Positions 1-11,055 of a DNA stretch of 64,000 nt are shown here, one piece after another. The first letter of the stretch is position 1; the number at the start of each line of letters is the position of its first letter. The translations under genes were made by a program, and so were the position numbers. Source of the stretch: Lama guanicoe (Eukaryota); the NCBI GenBank assembly GCA_013239625.1, contig MU053881.1, positions 12,228,879-12,292,878 on the forward strand, given 5' to 3'. Under the pieces are notes generated by a model. That model saw only the letters and a list, made by a program, of their open reading frames with translations, did no database searches and was not told the DNA's origin.

Positions 1-146
1 TGTGCCTATAGATGTGTGTTAAAATGGAGCATAAAAGAGTATACGCCCAGATCTTATCAACAGTTATCTCTGGATGATAAGATTCCCAAGGTGTTTGCTT
101 TTTACCTATCAATATTTTATATAATGGTAAATTTATATAAAATATT

Positions 147-340
147 TGGTAGCTCACACTGAAAAAGAATGTGACAATGAATATATGTATGTTCATGTCT
201 AACTGAAAAGTTGTGCTCTACACTGGAAATTGACACAACATTGTAAACTGACTATAACTCAATTTAAAAAGTTTAAAAATATTAAATTATATAAATAAAA
301 ATAAATTATATAAAAATAAAAATTATAAATATAATAAAAA
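147..340 (+). mobile_element. 5'-truncated young L1 3' end (camelid-type) with AT-rich tail
   Basis: GGTAGCTCAC..GTGACAATGAATATATGTATGTTCATGT..CTACACTGGAA, near-identical to the copy at ~31340-31450. Flanked by a 13-bp direct repeat TATATAAAATATT (134-146 and 341-353), although the context is low-complexity. Confidence 0.8.
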
Positions 341-1149
341 TATATAAAATATTGATAAATGTAAGTCCACATGCTAAAATGCTTGGGGAAAATGAGAGAC
401 AGAGGGAGTGAGAGAGGCTAGTTAGGATCAAGAAAGACAACCAGCCTGTCCTTCAGTATCAGACACAGAAATGCTACTTCTGATAAATGATAACTTTACT
501 GATTCAGGTTAAGAATCCTGAATTTAACAATGAGTTTGCAACTTCCAGGACACAAACAGTTAAACCTCAGCAACACCAGAATGCCTTTGCCATTTTTGTT
601 TTTTGTCCTGTGCCGCAGACTAGTTCAATTTCCTTACCCACATGTCCTTCATTAATGGCCTTTTCAATGGATTACTAATAAGTTTTTGATGTTAAGCAAA
701 CATCCTATTAAAGTGAGACCAAACACTGTGACTATTTGTTTAATAACACAGTCTGAATGAAGGACGAAGTTCAATTAGCTCTGGAGCTGATACAGGCTTC
801 ATTAGGAAGGAGAGGCAATTAAAAAGTGGAAGGCGGCAGGAGGCACTGATGTGCACATCATGCAGTGAGTGGAAAAGGACAAGCAGCACCAAGTGCCTCT
901 GAAAAAAAAAAACTGCAACCTGAAGACTTCAGACAGAAAGAAGGATCATTAGCACAAAATTAAGCACCCGAACAGGGTGATCCTTACCCCGTAAGCTCCA
1001 GAAGAAATATGAGGCCAAATCATGTAATCTAAATAAACTGCAGGGTGTCAGGACAATGGGAAGAAACAGAAACTATCTAGCGGGCAGAGTTTCATTCAGC
1101 CCAAAGCTTGGTTCACAGATACTGTTCAGGGGATACTGCTGAGCACTAT

Positions 1150-1300
1150 TTTGGGAGTCAGAAGACCAGCCTGTACCATTAACGAGCTGCATGACCTTGA
1201 ATAAGTCACCCAACCTCTGTAGAGTTCTGTTTCCCTTTTTGTAAAATTAAGGGATTAAATAAAGAGCTCTTCTAAAAAAATACCATACTTTTATGATTCC
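1150..1300 (+). mobile_element. MIR-family SINE remnant
   Basis: GGAGTCAGAAGACC..TGACCTTGAATAAGTCAC..TGTAAAAT resembles the MIR core. Confidence 0.65.
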
Positions 1301-1944
1301 AGTGATCCATTGTTACCATTGTTATCCGAGTGATCCAGGAGACAATGCAAATCACCAAAGACTGAACATTTACCAGTATTCACATAATGTTCTTAAAAGG
1401 ATGGTGGTAAGAATAAGCACATAGACAGGGATGATTTTTATTTCATGCATAAATCCTAAGACTTCTTTGATCTCTTCCAATTTCAATATATGTTCTAGGA
1501 ATTTTAAACCAGTAGGATAAATCAGATCTTTTTTATAACTTTTCTTTGCGGCATTGCATATTTACTGTTTAGTGCCAGATATTTGGGGAGAAATAAATGT
1601 GACTGAAGTGTGAAGAGGAGATGCTTTCATCTATTACATTGTTTAATGACAACTCTGTCATACCCCAAGGTCACTCTTGAAATCACAGCCTTGTGAAGAG
1701 GCCCATGGGGATCAGACCAGCTGCCTAGTGCCTGCTTCTCCTCCAGAGATCCCAGGAGGGAGAGAAAGAAAGCCAGCCTAGGAACAGCAGACAGACTCAC
1801 AGAACCGTTTTGAAGAGAGGCACGAGAACACTAAAATAGAACAGGTACGGATGGGGGAGGAAGGAGTGTAATAACAAAGAATTTGAAATAGAAAAACAAC
1901 GGCACTCGGTGCAAAAGTAAACAACTTCACTTCCAGAAGTTCAT

Positions 1945-2640
1945 TCTACACAAGCATTTATTCAAATGGATAACGATGTGTCCATTCAGCACTCATTCAA
2001 CAAACACGATAAACTAGCATGTGAACGGAGACCTAAAGGAGAAATAAAGGAGGAAGTCGGGCCAAATATGAGGGGGAGGGAAGGGGCCTGACGGTTGTAG
2101 GCAGTGGAAACAAGAAATGCAAAGACTCCAAGGAAAAACTGTGCTTATTACATTCAAGAAACGGCAAATATTTCAACGTGGCTGGTGTGCAGTGAATACG
2201 AGAGAAGAGTGGTAGAGGTCATGGTCAGAAAAGTAGAAGGGTGCTGGTTATGGGGAGTCTTAAAGACCACGGCCAATACTCTGGATTTTACTGAGTAAGA
2301 TGGGGAGACAGTGGAGAGCTTTGAGCAGAGTGATTTTGATCTGATTGAGTTTTAAAAAATGACTCTTGGCTGCTGCTGGAAAGAGACACTGCTAGAAGAT
2401 GATGCCAATAATCTGGATGAGAGGCAATGATGGTTTGGACCAAATGTTGGTAGTAAGAGGTGCTGACACATGGCCAATATCTGTACATATTTAAAAAATA
2501 GAATCTGCATATATTTAAAAAATGAAATCAATAGGATTTGCTATTGAATTGGATACGATGTGTTAGGGAAAGACACTTATCAAGAACAATGCCTAGGTTT
2601 GGGACCTAAACTGGGAAAACAATATTTGCTTTTACAGAAA
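1945..2640 (-). mobile_element. L2 LINE remnant
   Basis: CATTCAACAAA (reverse L2 tail) and TGAGTAAGATGGGGAG..GAGAGCTTTGAGCAGAG motifs, similar to the L2 copy at 36.4-37.2 kb. Confidence 0.7.
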
Positions 2641-3929
2641 TGGTAAAGACGAGAATACTCATTTTCATACAGTTCCCTACTTTCTCATAATTACAAATAA
2701 TCTAAATATCAATGAATATTACAAAGACTAAGTAAGTTATGATATATCCACACTACAGAACCAGTAAAATAAATTAAGACAGAACCAAGCATTCTTTCAT
2801 GAATGGCCACAAGTTATGCAAATATGAGAAGTAATGTAATAGAAAAGAACAAATTTAATTCCATATTAGATCTGTTCCTTTGACTTTAACCCTGTGCTCT
2901 GTTTCCTAGACTTATTCTTGCTGGTTCTGCACCTTTTGTAAAAGAACATTGCCTAGAGCCTGAAATATACAGGAGAGCCCATTCTCAAGGCTGTAACCTT
3001 TCAGGATATTAACACTTTTCCATTCATATAGAGATAACAAGTTGTAGAACAGAAAATGCAAATCACCAATGACCATATACAGCAAAACAGATGGTAGTCC
3101 AAAATATGATTTCCCCATTTTCTCAATGAAAAGGTTTCTGAAATCTTTTTAGCCAACTTGAGCATATAAACTTTTACATTAAGATAGAAGAGTTAAATAT
3201 TTACGTCTAATGACTGACTTTTTCATTTCTTGACACTCATGTTTAAAATCATATGTGAAATATGTTAATTCAGAATTACTCTTTACTACCCTCCTATTAC
3301 TTGAAATAACTTCATTTGAATTCTTCACATGCATCTTTGTCATTATGTCTATCAACTGTGGATCCACACAGTGAGGTGTCTAAGAGTTTTCCAGATATCA
3401 AGTTCCTTCCCTCTAAATTGTCTGAATTTGTACAAATACAATTGGCAGCCACATCATCTTATGCCTGGAGTACTCATCACCGTTACACTAGGGCCCTGAC
3501 TCTTCTCATCATCCTGCAGGAATATATTCCTAATTTCCACAAACCCTAACACATAGAATTCTCATTTCTTAAGGACTTTAAAATTTTGGTTGACAGTAGC
3601 CTACAGTGCTTAAAGTGTGAAGTCACACCTCCAGGAACAATGACTAAAGCTATGTTAAACTGCTCTGCTTCTTTTCACCTGCCATGAAAGGTTTTAAAAA
3701 GTATCCAGTGAGGTCATCAGGGCTTCTCTATTTTCCATAAACCTTGACATGACGCTATTTTACAGTGCATCCCTTCCGAGATGCTTCAGAAGAAGTTTTT
3801 ATTAAATGCCACTCAATCCCACTCAATTTTCTGGAAGATAGTATTTTAGAGAAAAGAAACCCTTTCTTATGTTTAAACATCAATCAGGCAGTATATGTAT
3901 ATAAGTATCTTATACGTAATGTCTTTTAT

Positions 3930-4090
3930 ATAAATTACTCAGAATAACCCTGTAGGGTAGATAATATTCTTAGTACCGTTTTCCAGATGAGAAAACTGAG
4001 GCATTTAAGTAATTTGCCCAAGATCCCAGGGTTAAGAAGTGATGGAATGAGTATTTGAAACTCCAAAATGTCACACTCTCAGCCGTTACT
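3930..4090 (-). mobile_element. MIR remnant
   Basis: CAGATGAGAAAACTGAGGC..AAGTAATTTGCCCAAG is the reverse MIR core. Confidence 0.75.
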
Positions 4091-4849
4091 TTCTATGGGG
4101 CTCCCAGTCAAGACTACTGGCCTAAACTTCATTTTGAAGAAAGGCTAAGAAAAATGAGAAAGAGAAGAATCCAGAGAAAAGCATGAGTCTTTTTACTATA
4201 AAAGGCCAAGAATTCAACAGGAGAGGAAAATATGGCCAAAGTTGTTTTTGTTAAAAAATCAACATAATTAAATCTTTGCAAACCAAAGGAGGAGCAATTT
4301 TTCAGAGGCAAAGAAGCATGGTTATTTTAAGTCATTTTTCTACAGAAGACATTACAGAACCACAAGGGATTTTAAATTTTTCTATAACGCAGCTTGTTAG
4401 AGCCTGGAAGGTTTACTTGAGAAAACACTAGAATTTTAGAACCAGAACCCTTTCCGGTTTCTTTTCAAAAAGTGAAGGGTAGGGCTGGGGAAGCTGTAGG
4501 AAAAACTATGACTAGAACTTCACCATAACAGCAGTCTTTGACATCAGTGGGTACAAACCCCACTATATTGGATAGTCAGCTGTGTGGGAAGAAGAGGGGA
4601 AGCTAAATTAAACAGTCAAGAAAATACGATTCAACTTCCTTGTGAGTTATTCAATGCCACTTTGTGGAATGCACTGGATTATTCAATATATAGACCTCGA
4701 GTATTCACTATTTGACCAGCACTTTGTTAAGCATTTTCAGTTTATAAAAGGGGTCTCTGTCTTTAACCTACTTTAAATTTAAAAAAGTTATTATTGGATG
4801 GTAGGATTATGTTGATTTTTATTTTCCTTTTGAGACTACATTTTCCAGC

Positions 4850-4990
4850 TATATTGACATGGGCAAATTAATCTTTCTAAGCCTCCACTTCCTCATTTAT
4901 AAAGCAGTAATAACAACATTCACCTTACAAAGTTCATGCGAGATATAGATGAAATAATGGTACACAGCAAATGTTTTCAATATTAGCTAT
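4850..4990 (+). mobile_element. MIR remnant
   Basis: GGGCAAATTAATCTTTCTAAGCCTCCACTTCCTCATTTATAAA resembles the MIR core. Confidence 0.65.
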
Positions 4991-6189
4991 TATTTATTTT
5001 TTATTGTTATTTTAAATGCTTGCTATATGTAATGGGACCTCTACAACCCAGCTGTGGTTGTGGAACAATACAATACTTATCCAATATTAAACAGCTCTTG
5101 TTCAGCTAATTTATTGCTTCCACAAAGCAGTAGGTAATTAAGTGCTCAGTAAATATCTAACAGAATTAAGAATTCAAAGCAGAGGTCACTTTTGCCTCTA
5201 CTGGTCAGAAGTGACTTGAAAGACATGAAAACTTCAAGTTTCCATGAATGAAGAGGAAGCAGGAGAGAACACAGGCAGCCCATATCACTGGCCACGGAAA
5301 AGTAAGCTCAAATCATGTAACTTGGGGTAGAAGCAAGCAAAAGATAGAAAGGAAACAGCAAAAAGCGTTGAGGGCATTCCTTTGTCCAATTCCAAGGTTA
5401 CCAAAGCCTTTCCCTTCTAAGTTTTTTCCATCCTGATACTCACACATCCACTTCTTAGGTGAAAAGAAAAGCTATTTCCTATAGCCCAAGCTCTGACAAT
5501 TCTCTCTCTGTTCCTTTTCTACCTGCAAGTCTTCTAAGAATAGTAAACTCACCTACCCTTGCTAAGCATAGGAGTAACAGGTAACATGTCTAGCCAGAAA
5601 GAAATGTGAAGGTTTTTCTCTATACCAGGAGTTGTAGTAAAAAAACAAAACAAACAAAAACAGGCTAACAAATCAGCCTTAACTTCCACTCCTGTCTTTG
5701 CTTACATAACTTAAATTTCGGGGCCTCCATCTTTCCATCAGTAAAATGGAGGGGTAACAACACAGTCATTAAGAATTAATTTGATAAAAGTTGATAAGGT
5801 GTTTAAAATAGCTGGTGTATAGTTAGAACTCAAAAAGAGATGGGATGGTTATGAACATGAAGACAAAGAAGAAAAGGAGGAGGACAATAAGGGAATCTAA
5901 GAACAGAACTTCATTGCAGACTTCTGTTTTTTGGCAACTGATTTGAAGAGTCAAAAACAAATGGATCATTAGGAAACCAAAGGAGAAAAAATGTGTTTCA
6001 AAGTTGACTTATCCTGGATTCTAAGTCTGTCTAAACATTATCAGCAATGGAGCGTATATTCTGTTTCATAACTTGAAATATTAAAAATGTCCCATAATCA
6101 CTTATACAGAATTTGTTAACACCTATTCTAATTTATCTGCCATTACATTTTAGTGAGAGAAGCCTGTTCTCCTTAAACTTAAAGATACA

Positions 6190-6620
6190 GCCCTTAAATT
6201 TTTTTCTGTACACAAATGTTTGTAGCCACTTCATCTGTAATAGCCCCAAACCAACAACAACCTGTCCATCAACAGGTGTTATAGCCACACAATGGAATAC
6301 TACTCAACAATAAAAAGGAACTAAAGAGTAATACCCACAACAAGAGGGACAAATCTATAAAACACAATGCTAAGACAAAAAAGTGAAACACGGAACATGA
6401 CACACTGTAAGGGTCCATTTATATGATATTCTAAATAAGATAAAAAGACAATGATAAAAATCCGATCAGTGGATGCCTGGAGCTGGGAATCAGGGTCTAC
6501 TTCAGTCATGAGAAAACTTAGGGTGACAGACATGTTCCTACGTCTTGCTTGTGGTGGTGGTTACACCACTGTATGCAATTATCATTATTAAAACTCTACA
6601 CTAAATTACACCTCAATAAG
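6190..6620 (+). mobile_element. Old L1M (L1MC/ME-like) 3' remnant
   Basis: ACAATGGAATACTACTCAACAATAAAAAGGAAC..TTGTGGTGGTGGTTACAC..TACACCTCAATAA. Confidence 0.7.
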
Positions 6621-7027
6621 CTAGGGAGGGAAAAATCTCTATGGCAACCGCTGTTTCCTAACAAGTAACAGGAACCTTCTCACATACAGTTTTAAATCCA
6701 CAACGATGCAATTCTAGCAAAGAAAAATCAGGTTCCAGTATTTTTTTCATCCACAACGGTTACCCTATATTCCCAAAATACTTGCAGACTGCAAATGTGA
6801 GAAGAGGCCCTTATCACTTTCCGCCTCTGACTTCAAGGGCTTGGACAGCGTCTAGCATTTGTATAACCTCAGCTGCTTTCCATACACCATTGGCTTCTTC
6901 CCCTGGCCTCAATTTTGCTGTTCACGTGACCTCAATTAAACGGCAAAAGACCCACTTTACCAACCCCTTCCCTCTCCACCGGTAAGTTCCTGACTGAACT
7001 CCTGAAGGAATTTTCAAGGGAACTTAC

Positions 7028-7260
7028 TGCAAGCAGCCAAAACACCCTGGTGGTCCTTAAGATGGTGTCCGTCCGACAGTAAGGAGGATGTAGTAATCCT
7101 GTATTCCGCTCTGACTGCTGACTCAGCCGGTCCCGGATCATTTTATGATGCCCAGGGACCTCCTGAGGCGGCGGAACTTCTCTGCGGCCTCCAGGGCCAC
7201 GGGCTTCCGGTCCTCATGAGGCGTCACTGCGACGAGCGCCCGCCGGGACTCGCACTTGCG
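7028..7260 (-). other. Putative alternative first exon (proximal) of an unidentified minus-strand gene; 5' end approximate
   Basis: Lies in a CpG island and ends at the minus-strand donor GCA|GTAAGT (GT at 7027-7026). CpG density falls beyond the donor. Confidence 0.55.
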
Positions 7261-7470
7261 CGCGCAACTCCCGGAGGGATGGAGCCACCAACCCTCCCGC
7301 CTCACCTGGGGTGGAGCCAACAGGCGGTTTGGGGCGGGGAGACGGCGTGGCCGGCGCTGGGAGGAGGAAACAGGGCTGCGGTGGGGTTGGGCCCCTTCAG
7401 GGACAGGCTGAACTCGGGGCGGGAATCCTAAATCACTGCCCTTCCTTCTTTCCCCGCCCCCACCTGACTC
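7050..7470. promoter_or_regulatory. CpG-island promoter (proximal)
   Basis: High CpG/GC against an AT-rich background. Contains ETS core CTTCCGG (~7204-7210), half-CRE GCGTCAC (~7221), GC boxes GGGGCGGG (~7331, ~7416; reverse copy ~7452) and a MARE/AP-1 site at 7116-7127. Confidence 0.8.
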
Positions 7471-8140
7471 CAGGTGTGAGTGCTTCTGACCTTGACCCCA
7501 ACATCAGCCCTTAAATTGTTGATGATAGGTCTAACATTTGCTTCAAAAAGTATGCTTTTCTCATATTTATACTTTACCAGCCAACATAGCCAATAAAACT
7601 GTCTTCATTCTTTTTTTTTTTTTCCATTTTGTTCATGTTTGTTCATACAACCAGTATTTATGAGCAAGTTCTAGGTTAGGAACTGCGCTAGTTGCTAGGG
7701 CTGTAACACGCCAAAGGAGACGCAGGCCCTGCCGGTCCCTGGCCTTGAGGCCTGGTGGAGTCACACTCCACCCACTGTCTTCGGAGAGGGCAGCAAGGGG
7801 GCCGACTGCTCAGCCAACTGCACGAGGCACTTTACCCGCACCCTCCTTTAATCTCACAACAGCCAGATGAAGCCGGACTCTCATTATGCCCCAAACTTAC
7901 AAACAAGGACCATGAAGCCCAGACGTTAAATCCTTTTTTTAATTTATTGGTAGGGTCAGCCCTAGGCAAAAAAAAATACTTTACGTGATCTAGCTGATGC
8001 ATGATACGGTCCCGCCCACATCTTGCCACAAAGAGCCTTTTTCTGTTCTCCTGAAATGCTGCTCTATGAAAGGGTCGTCCACTCAGCCAAATTGGTGCTC
8101 ATTAAAATTTTACGCCAGTAAGTAACATCTCCCTCAAGGC

Positions 8141-8300
8141 CAGTGGTTCTCAAATGACAGCAACATTAGAACTGTCTGAATGGCGGATTAAAACACAGCT
8201 ATCCCAGCATCAGACTGAGTCTGGGATAAAGCCCAAGAATTGACATACCTACTAAGGATGCTGATACTGCTAGCTTAGGGACAACATTTTGAGAAACACT
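8141..8300. mobile_element. MER5A-like hAT-Charlie MITE remnant
   Basis: Starts CAGTGGTTCTCAAA and ends TTTGAGAAACACT (imperfect terminal inverted repeats). Confidence 0.75.
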
Positions 8301-8499
8301 CCTCGAGACTAAATGAATGACTACAGCTTCTAGCCCATCTGATATAAAGAGCTCAAAGTTAACAACAACAACAAAAATCTACCAAACTCTTCCTGTTACC
8401 TGCTTAAAACACAGGAACAGGAACCAGCAGAGCACCTGAGAGAAGTCTGCTCCCTTAAACCATTTCACAGGTGAACCAAATGAGGTTGGAAAAAGTTGT

Positions 8500-8720
8500 G
8501 TGGACCTTAATATAAACTGTGGACTTGGGAGGATAATGATGTGCCATGGTAGGTTCCTTATTTGTAACAAATGTACCACCCTTACCAGGGATGTTGGTTT
8601 TAGGGGAGGCTGTATATGTGTTGGGGCAGAAAATATACAAGAAATCTCTGTACCTTTCACTCAGTTTTTGCTGTGAACCCAAAACTTCTCTCACAAAGGC
8701 TAATTTTAACTTTTAAAAAA
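8500..8720 (+). mobile_element. L1MC1-like 3' end
   Basis: ATAAACTGTGGACTT..TTGTAACAAATGTACCAC..TTTTGCTGTGAACC, similar to 41785-42100. Degenerate TSD AAAAGTTGTGTGG / AAAATGTTATGTGG. Confidence 0.75.
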
Positions 8721-9929
8721 TGTTATGTGGTTCTTGGTTTTCTATAAATGACAAGGCTGAGGCCAAAAGCTATGTGATATACAAACGGAAGAATAACGCC
8801 AGCTCTGCGCCTGGAGAGAGTGACTCCATTACAGGTATCAGATATTGCTCCCCATGATGCTCGGGAGGGCAGAGTAAGGGGAACCAGAACCCGTGAAAAG
8901 CCTTTTCCAGACCAAGTCCAATTGAATCTCTTGAGTGTCTCCTAGCCCTGCACCACCCTCATGGTTTGCGATATGTAAGTCTGAGCTGGAGTGGGGCCCA
9001 GAAATCTGCATTTCGCCCATCATACTGAATTTTGAGAAAAATTCAATGGTTGTTAATGCCTTGGGGAAATATTAATCATGTCCAAAGCAATCCTCTCTGT
9101 TGTTACTTCTTAAAATATTCTGACTAGGCATCAAGTCCGGGAATCAAACAAAAAGCCCAGCATTCAGCAACACGCCCTCCATGGTTCCATTTTCCGTATC
9201 TGCAAATCAGACTCGAACTGGGTAGGTGTGGCTTTAATCTCCGAGATGATCTGAACAAGCAAGATGGCCTACCAGCAAGCCGTGACTGCATTCATTTCCC
9301 TTGCAATCTGCATTCCATACTGGTCATCCCTAATTCTCAATCAATGTAACCTAACTTCGCACAAGAGTATCAGGTCCTACAAAGTGGTTCTATTACTCAA
9401 GGAACCTGAATCTCATCAAGCCTTAAGTATGTATGTGAAATGTGAACAAAAAGAGAAGGGCAGATTGATTAGGATGTTTTACAGGCTAAGAAACTGTTAT
9501 GCTACCCAGCTCATGTACTCGTTGATCAGAATGCCTGCCCTATCCGTGTACTCTGTGCTGGACCTCGAAATCTTTAAGGGACACAAAATCACACTGTTTT
9601 CCCTCTTAGGGCCTCCAGTTCAGTAAGCAAGAGTCCGTTAGGCAGCAGAAGCGGAGGGGAACAACCCTCACCCTGTTTACACACAGATGGGTACCCAGAA
9701 CAAGTAAAACCAAGCGGGAAAAAAAACTGACAAATGACAACAGTAAAGTAGACGGATTTAGCATCTTCATTTTAGAAAGGAAGAACTGGGTACTTCACCC
9801 AGCAACACGGTGAGTCAATTGTCCACGTTTTCCTTTCTATATAGGATTCAGGACAGCCCTAATCAAATCATACCCTGCAGTTGTCCCCAAATCTCCCCCC
9901 AACAAAACAACCGTGATACCTCCATTACT

Positions 9930-10230
9930 TACCCCCGTAGGACACTCTCGAAGCCGTAAGTATCTCTGACGTGCCTTTACTGCGGAGTACACAGGTTGCA
10001 GTGGCAGTGGCAGTGGCGGCGGCGGCGGTGGCTGCACGTCCGCATCGCTTTATATGTCAATGCAAAGCCGGGATCTAGCCAACTGTGATAGGCGCTAGCC
10101 AGTGCGCTTGCGTGGTGCAAGTCATGCTTCTGTAAGACTACATGGGTGCTGCGCATGCGGGATAGCTTACAGCTGGGTCCCTGGGCACCGGATCTCCGGG
10201 GAGGGACCCGGAAGTGACTTCATTTTACCT
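9930..10230. promoter_or_regulatory. Small CpG-rich promoter (distal)
   Basis: NRF1-type TGCGCATGCG (10150-10159), ETS/GABPA CCGGAAGTG (10208-10216), second NRF1-like TGCGCTTGCG (~10103), minus-strand TATAAA (10054-10049) and many CpGs. Confidence 0.8.
9933..10100 (-). other. Putative alternative first exon (distal) of the same minus-strand gene; 5' end approximate
   Basis: Ends at the minus-strand donor GGG|GTAAGT (GT at 9932-9931), directly downstream of the promoter motifs. Contains a (CGC)4(CACTGC)3 repeat. Confidence 0.55.
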
Positions 10231-10316
10231 ACATTCCCCCCACCCACCCTTTTGGAGATGCTGTTTTCCCTGATCTCTTCATAGACAGTTACAACTCGGA
10301 AGTTTTATCCCTTGAG

Positions 10317-11055
10317 CCAGGAATTCTCAGACTTTGGTAAGTGTAAGAATTTCCTAGAGCTCTTTTAAAAACGAAGATTCCTGGAACTTTCCCTGAGGAT
10401 TCTGTCTAGAATAAGAATCAGAAAACTTCATTTTTTTATTGACGTATAGTCAGTTTACAACGTTGTATCAACCTCTGGTGTACAGCATAGTGTTTCAGTC
10501 CTACATATACATACATATATTCCTTTTCATATTATTTTCCAGTATTGGGTACTATAAGATATTGAATATTGTTCCCTGTTTAATACAGTATAAACGTATT
10601 GTTTATCTGTTTTGTATATAGTAGTTATAATGTGCAAATCTCAAACTCCCAATCTTTCTCTTCCTACCCACGCCCTACCTCTGGTAACCGTAAGTTTTGT
10701 TTTCTATGTCAATGAATCTATTTCTGCTTTGTAAATAAAGTCATTTGTGTCTTTTTTTTTTTTTAGATTCCACCTATAAGTGATATCCTATGGTATTTTT
10801 CTTTCTCTTTCTGGCTTACTTCACTTAGAATGATGATCTCCAGGTCCAACTATGTTGCTGCAAATGGTATTATTTTATTCTTTTTTTGGCTGGGTAGTAT
10901 TCCACTGTATATATGTACTATGTCTTCTTTATCCAGTCATCTGTTGATGGACATTTAAGTTGCTTCCATATCTTGGCTATTGTAAACAGTGCTGCTATGA
11001 ATATTGGGGTGCATCTATCTAGAAAACTTCATTTTTAACAAGCACCTTAAGTGTT
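10317..11055. mobile_element. MER5-like DNA transposon remnant split by the L1 at 10436-11020
   Basis: CCAGGAATTCTCAGACTTT..TTTTAAAAACGAAGATTCCTGG on the left resumes as ATTTTTAACAAGCACC after the L1. Confidence 0.55.
10436..11020 (-). mobile_element. 5'-truncated young L1 (ORF2 end + 3'UTR)
   Basis: L1 ORF2 3' signature on the minus strand (TATTCCACTGTATATATGTAC..CATCTGTTGATGGACATTTA). Perfect 16-bp TSD AGAAAACTTCATTTTT at 10420-10435 and 11021-11036. Confidence 0.92.

Noticed and set aside
7028..10100. Assigning a gene symbol to the minus-strand gene
   Set aside because: Only putative 5' exons are present and I do not recognise them; naming it would be a guess.
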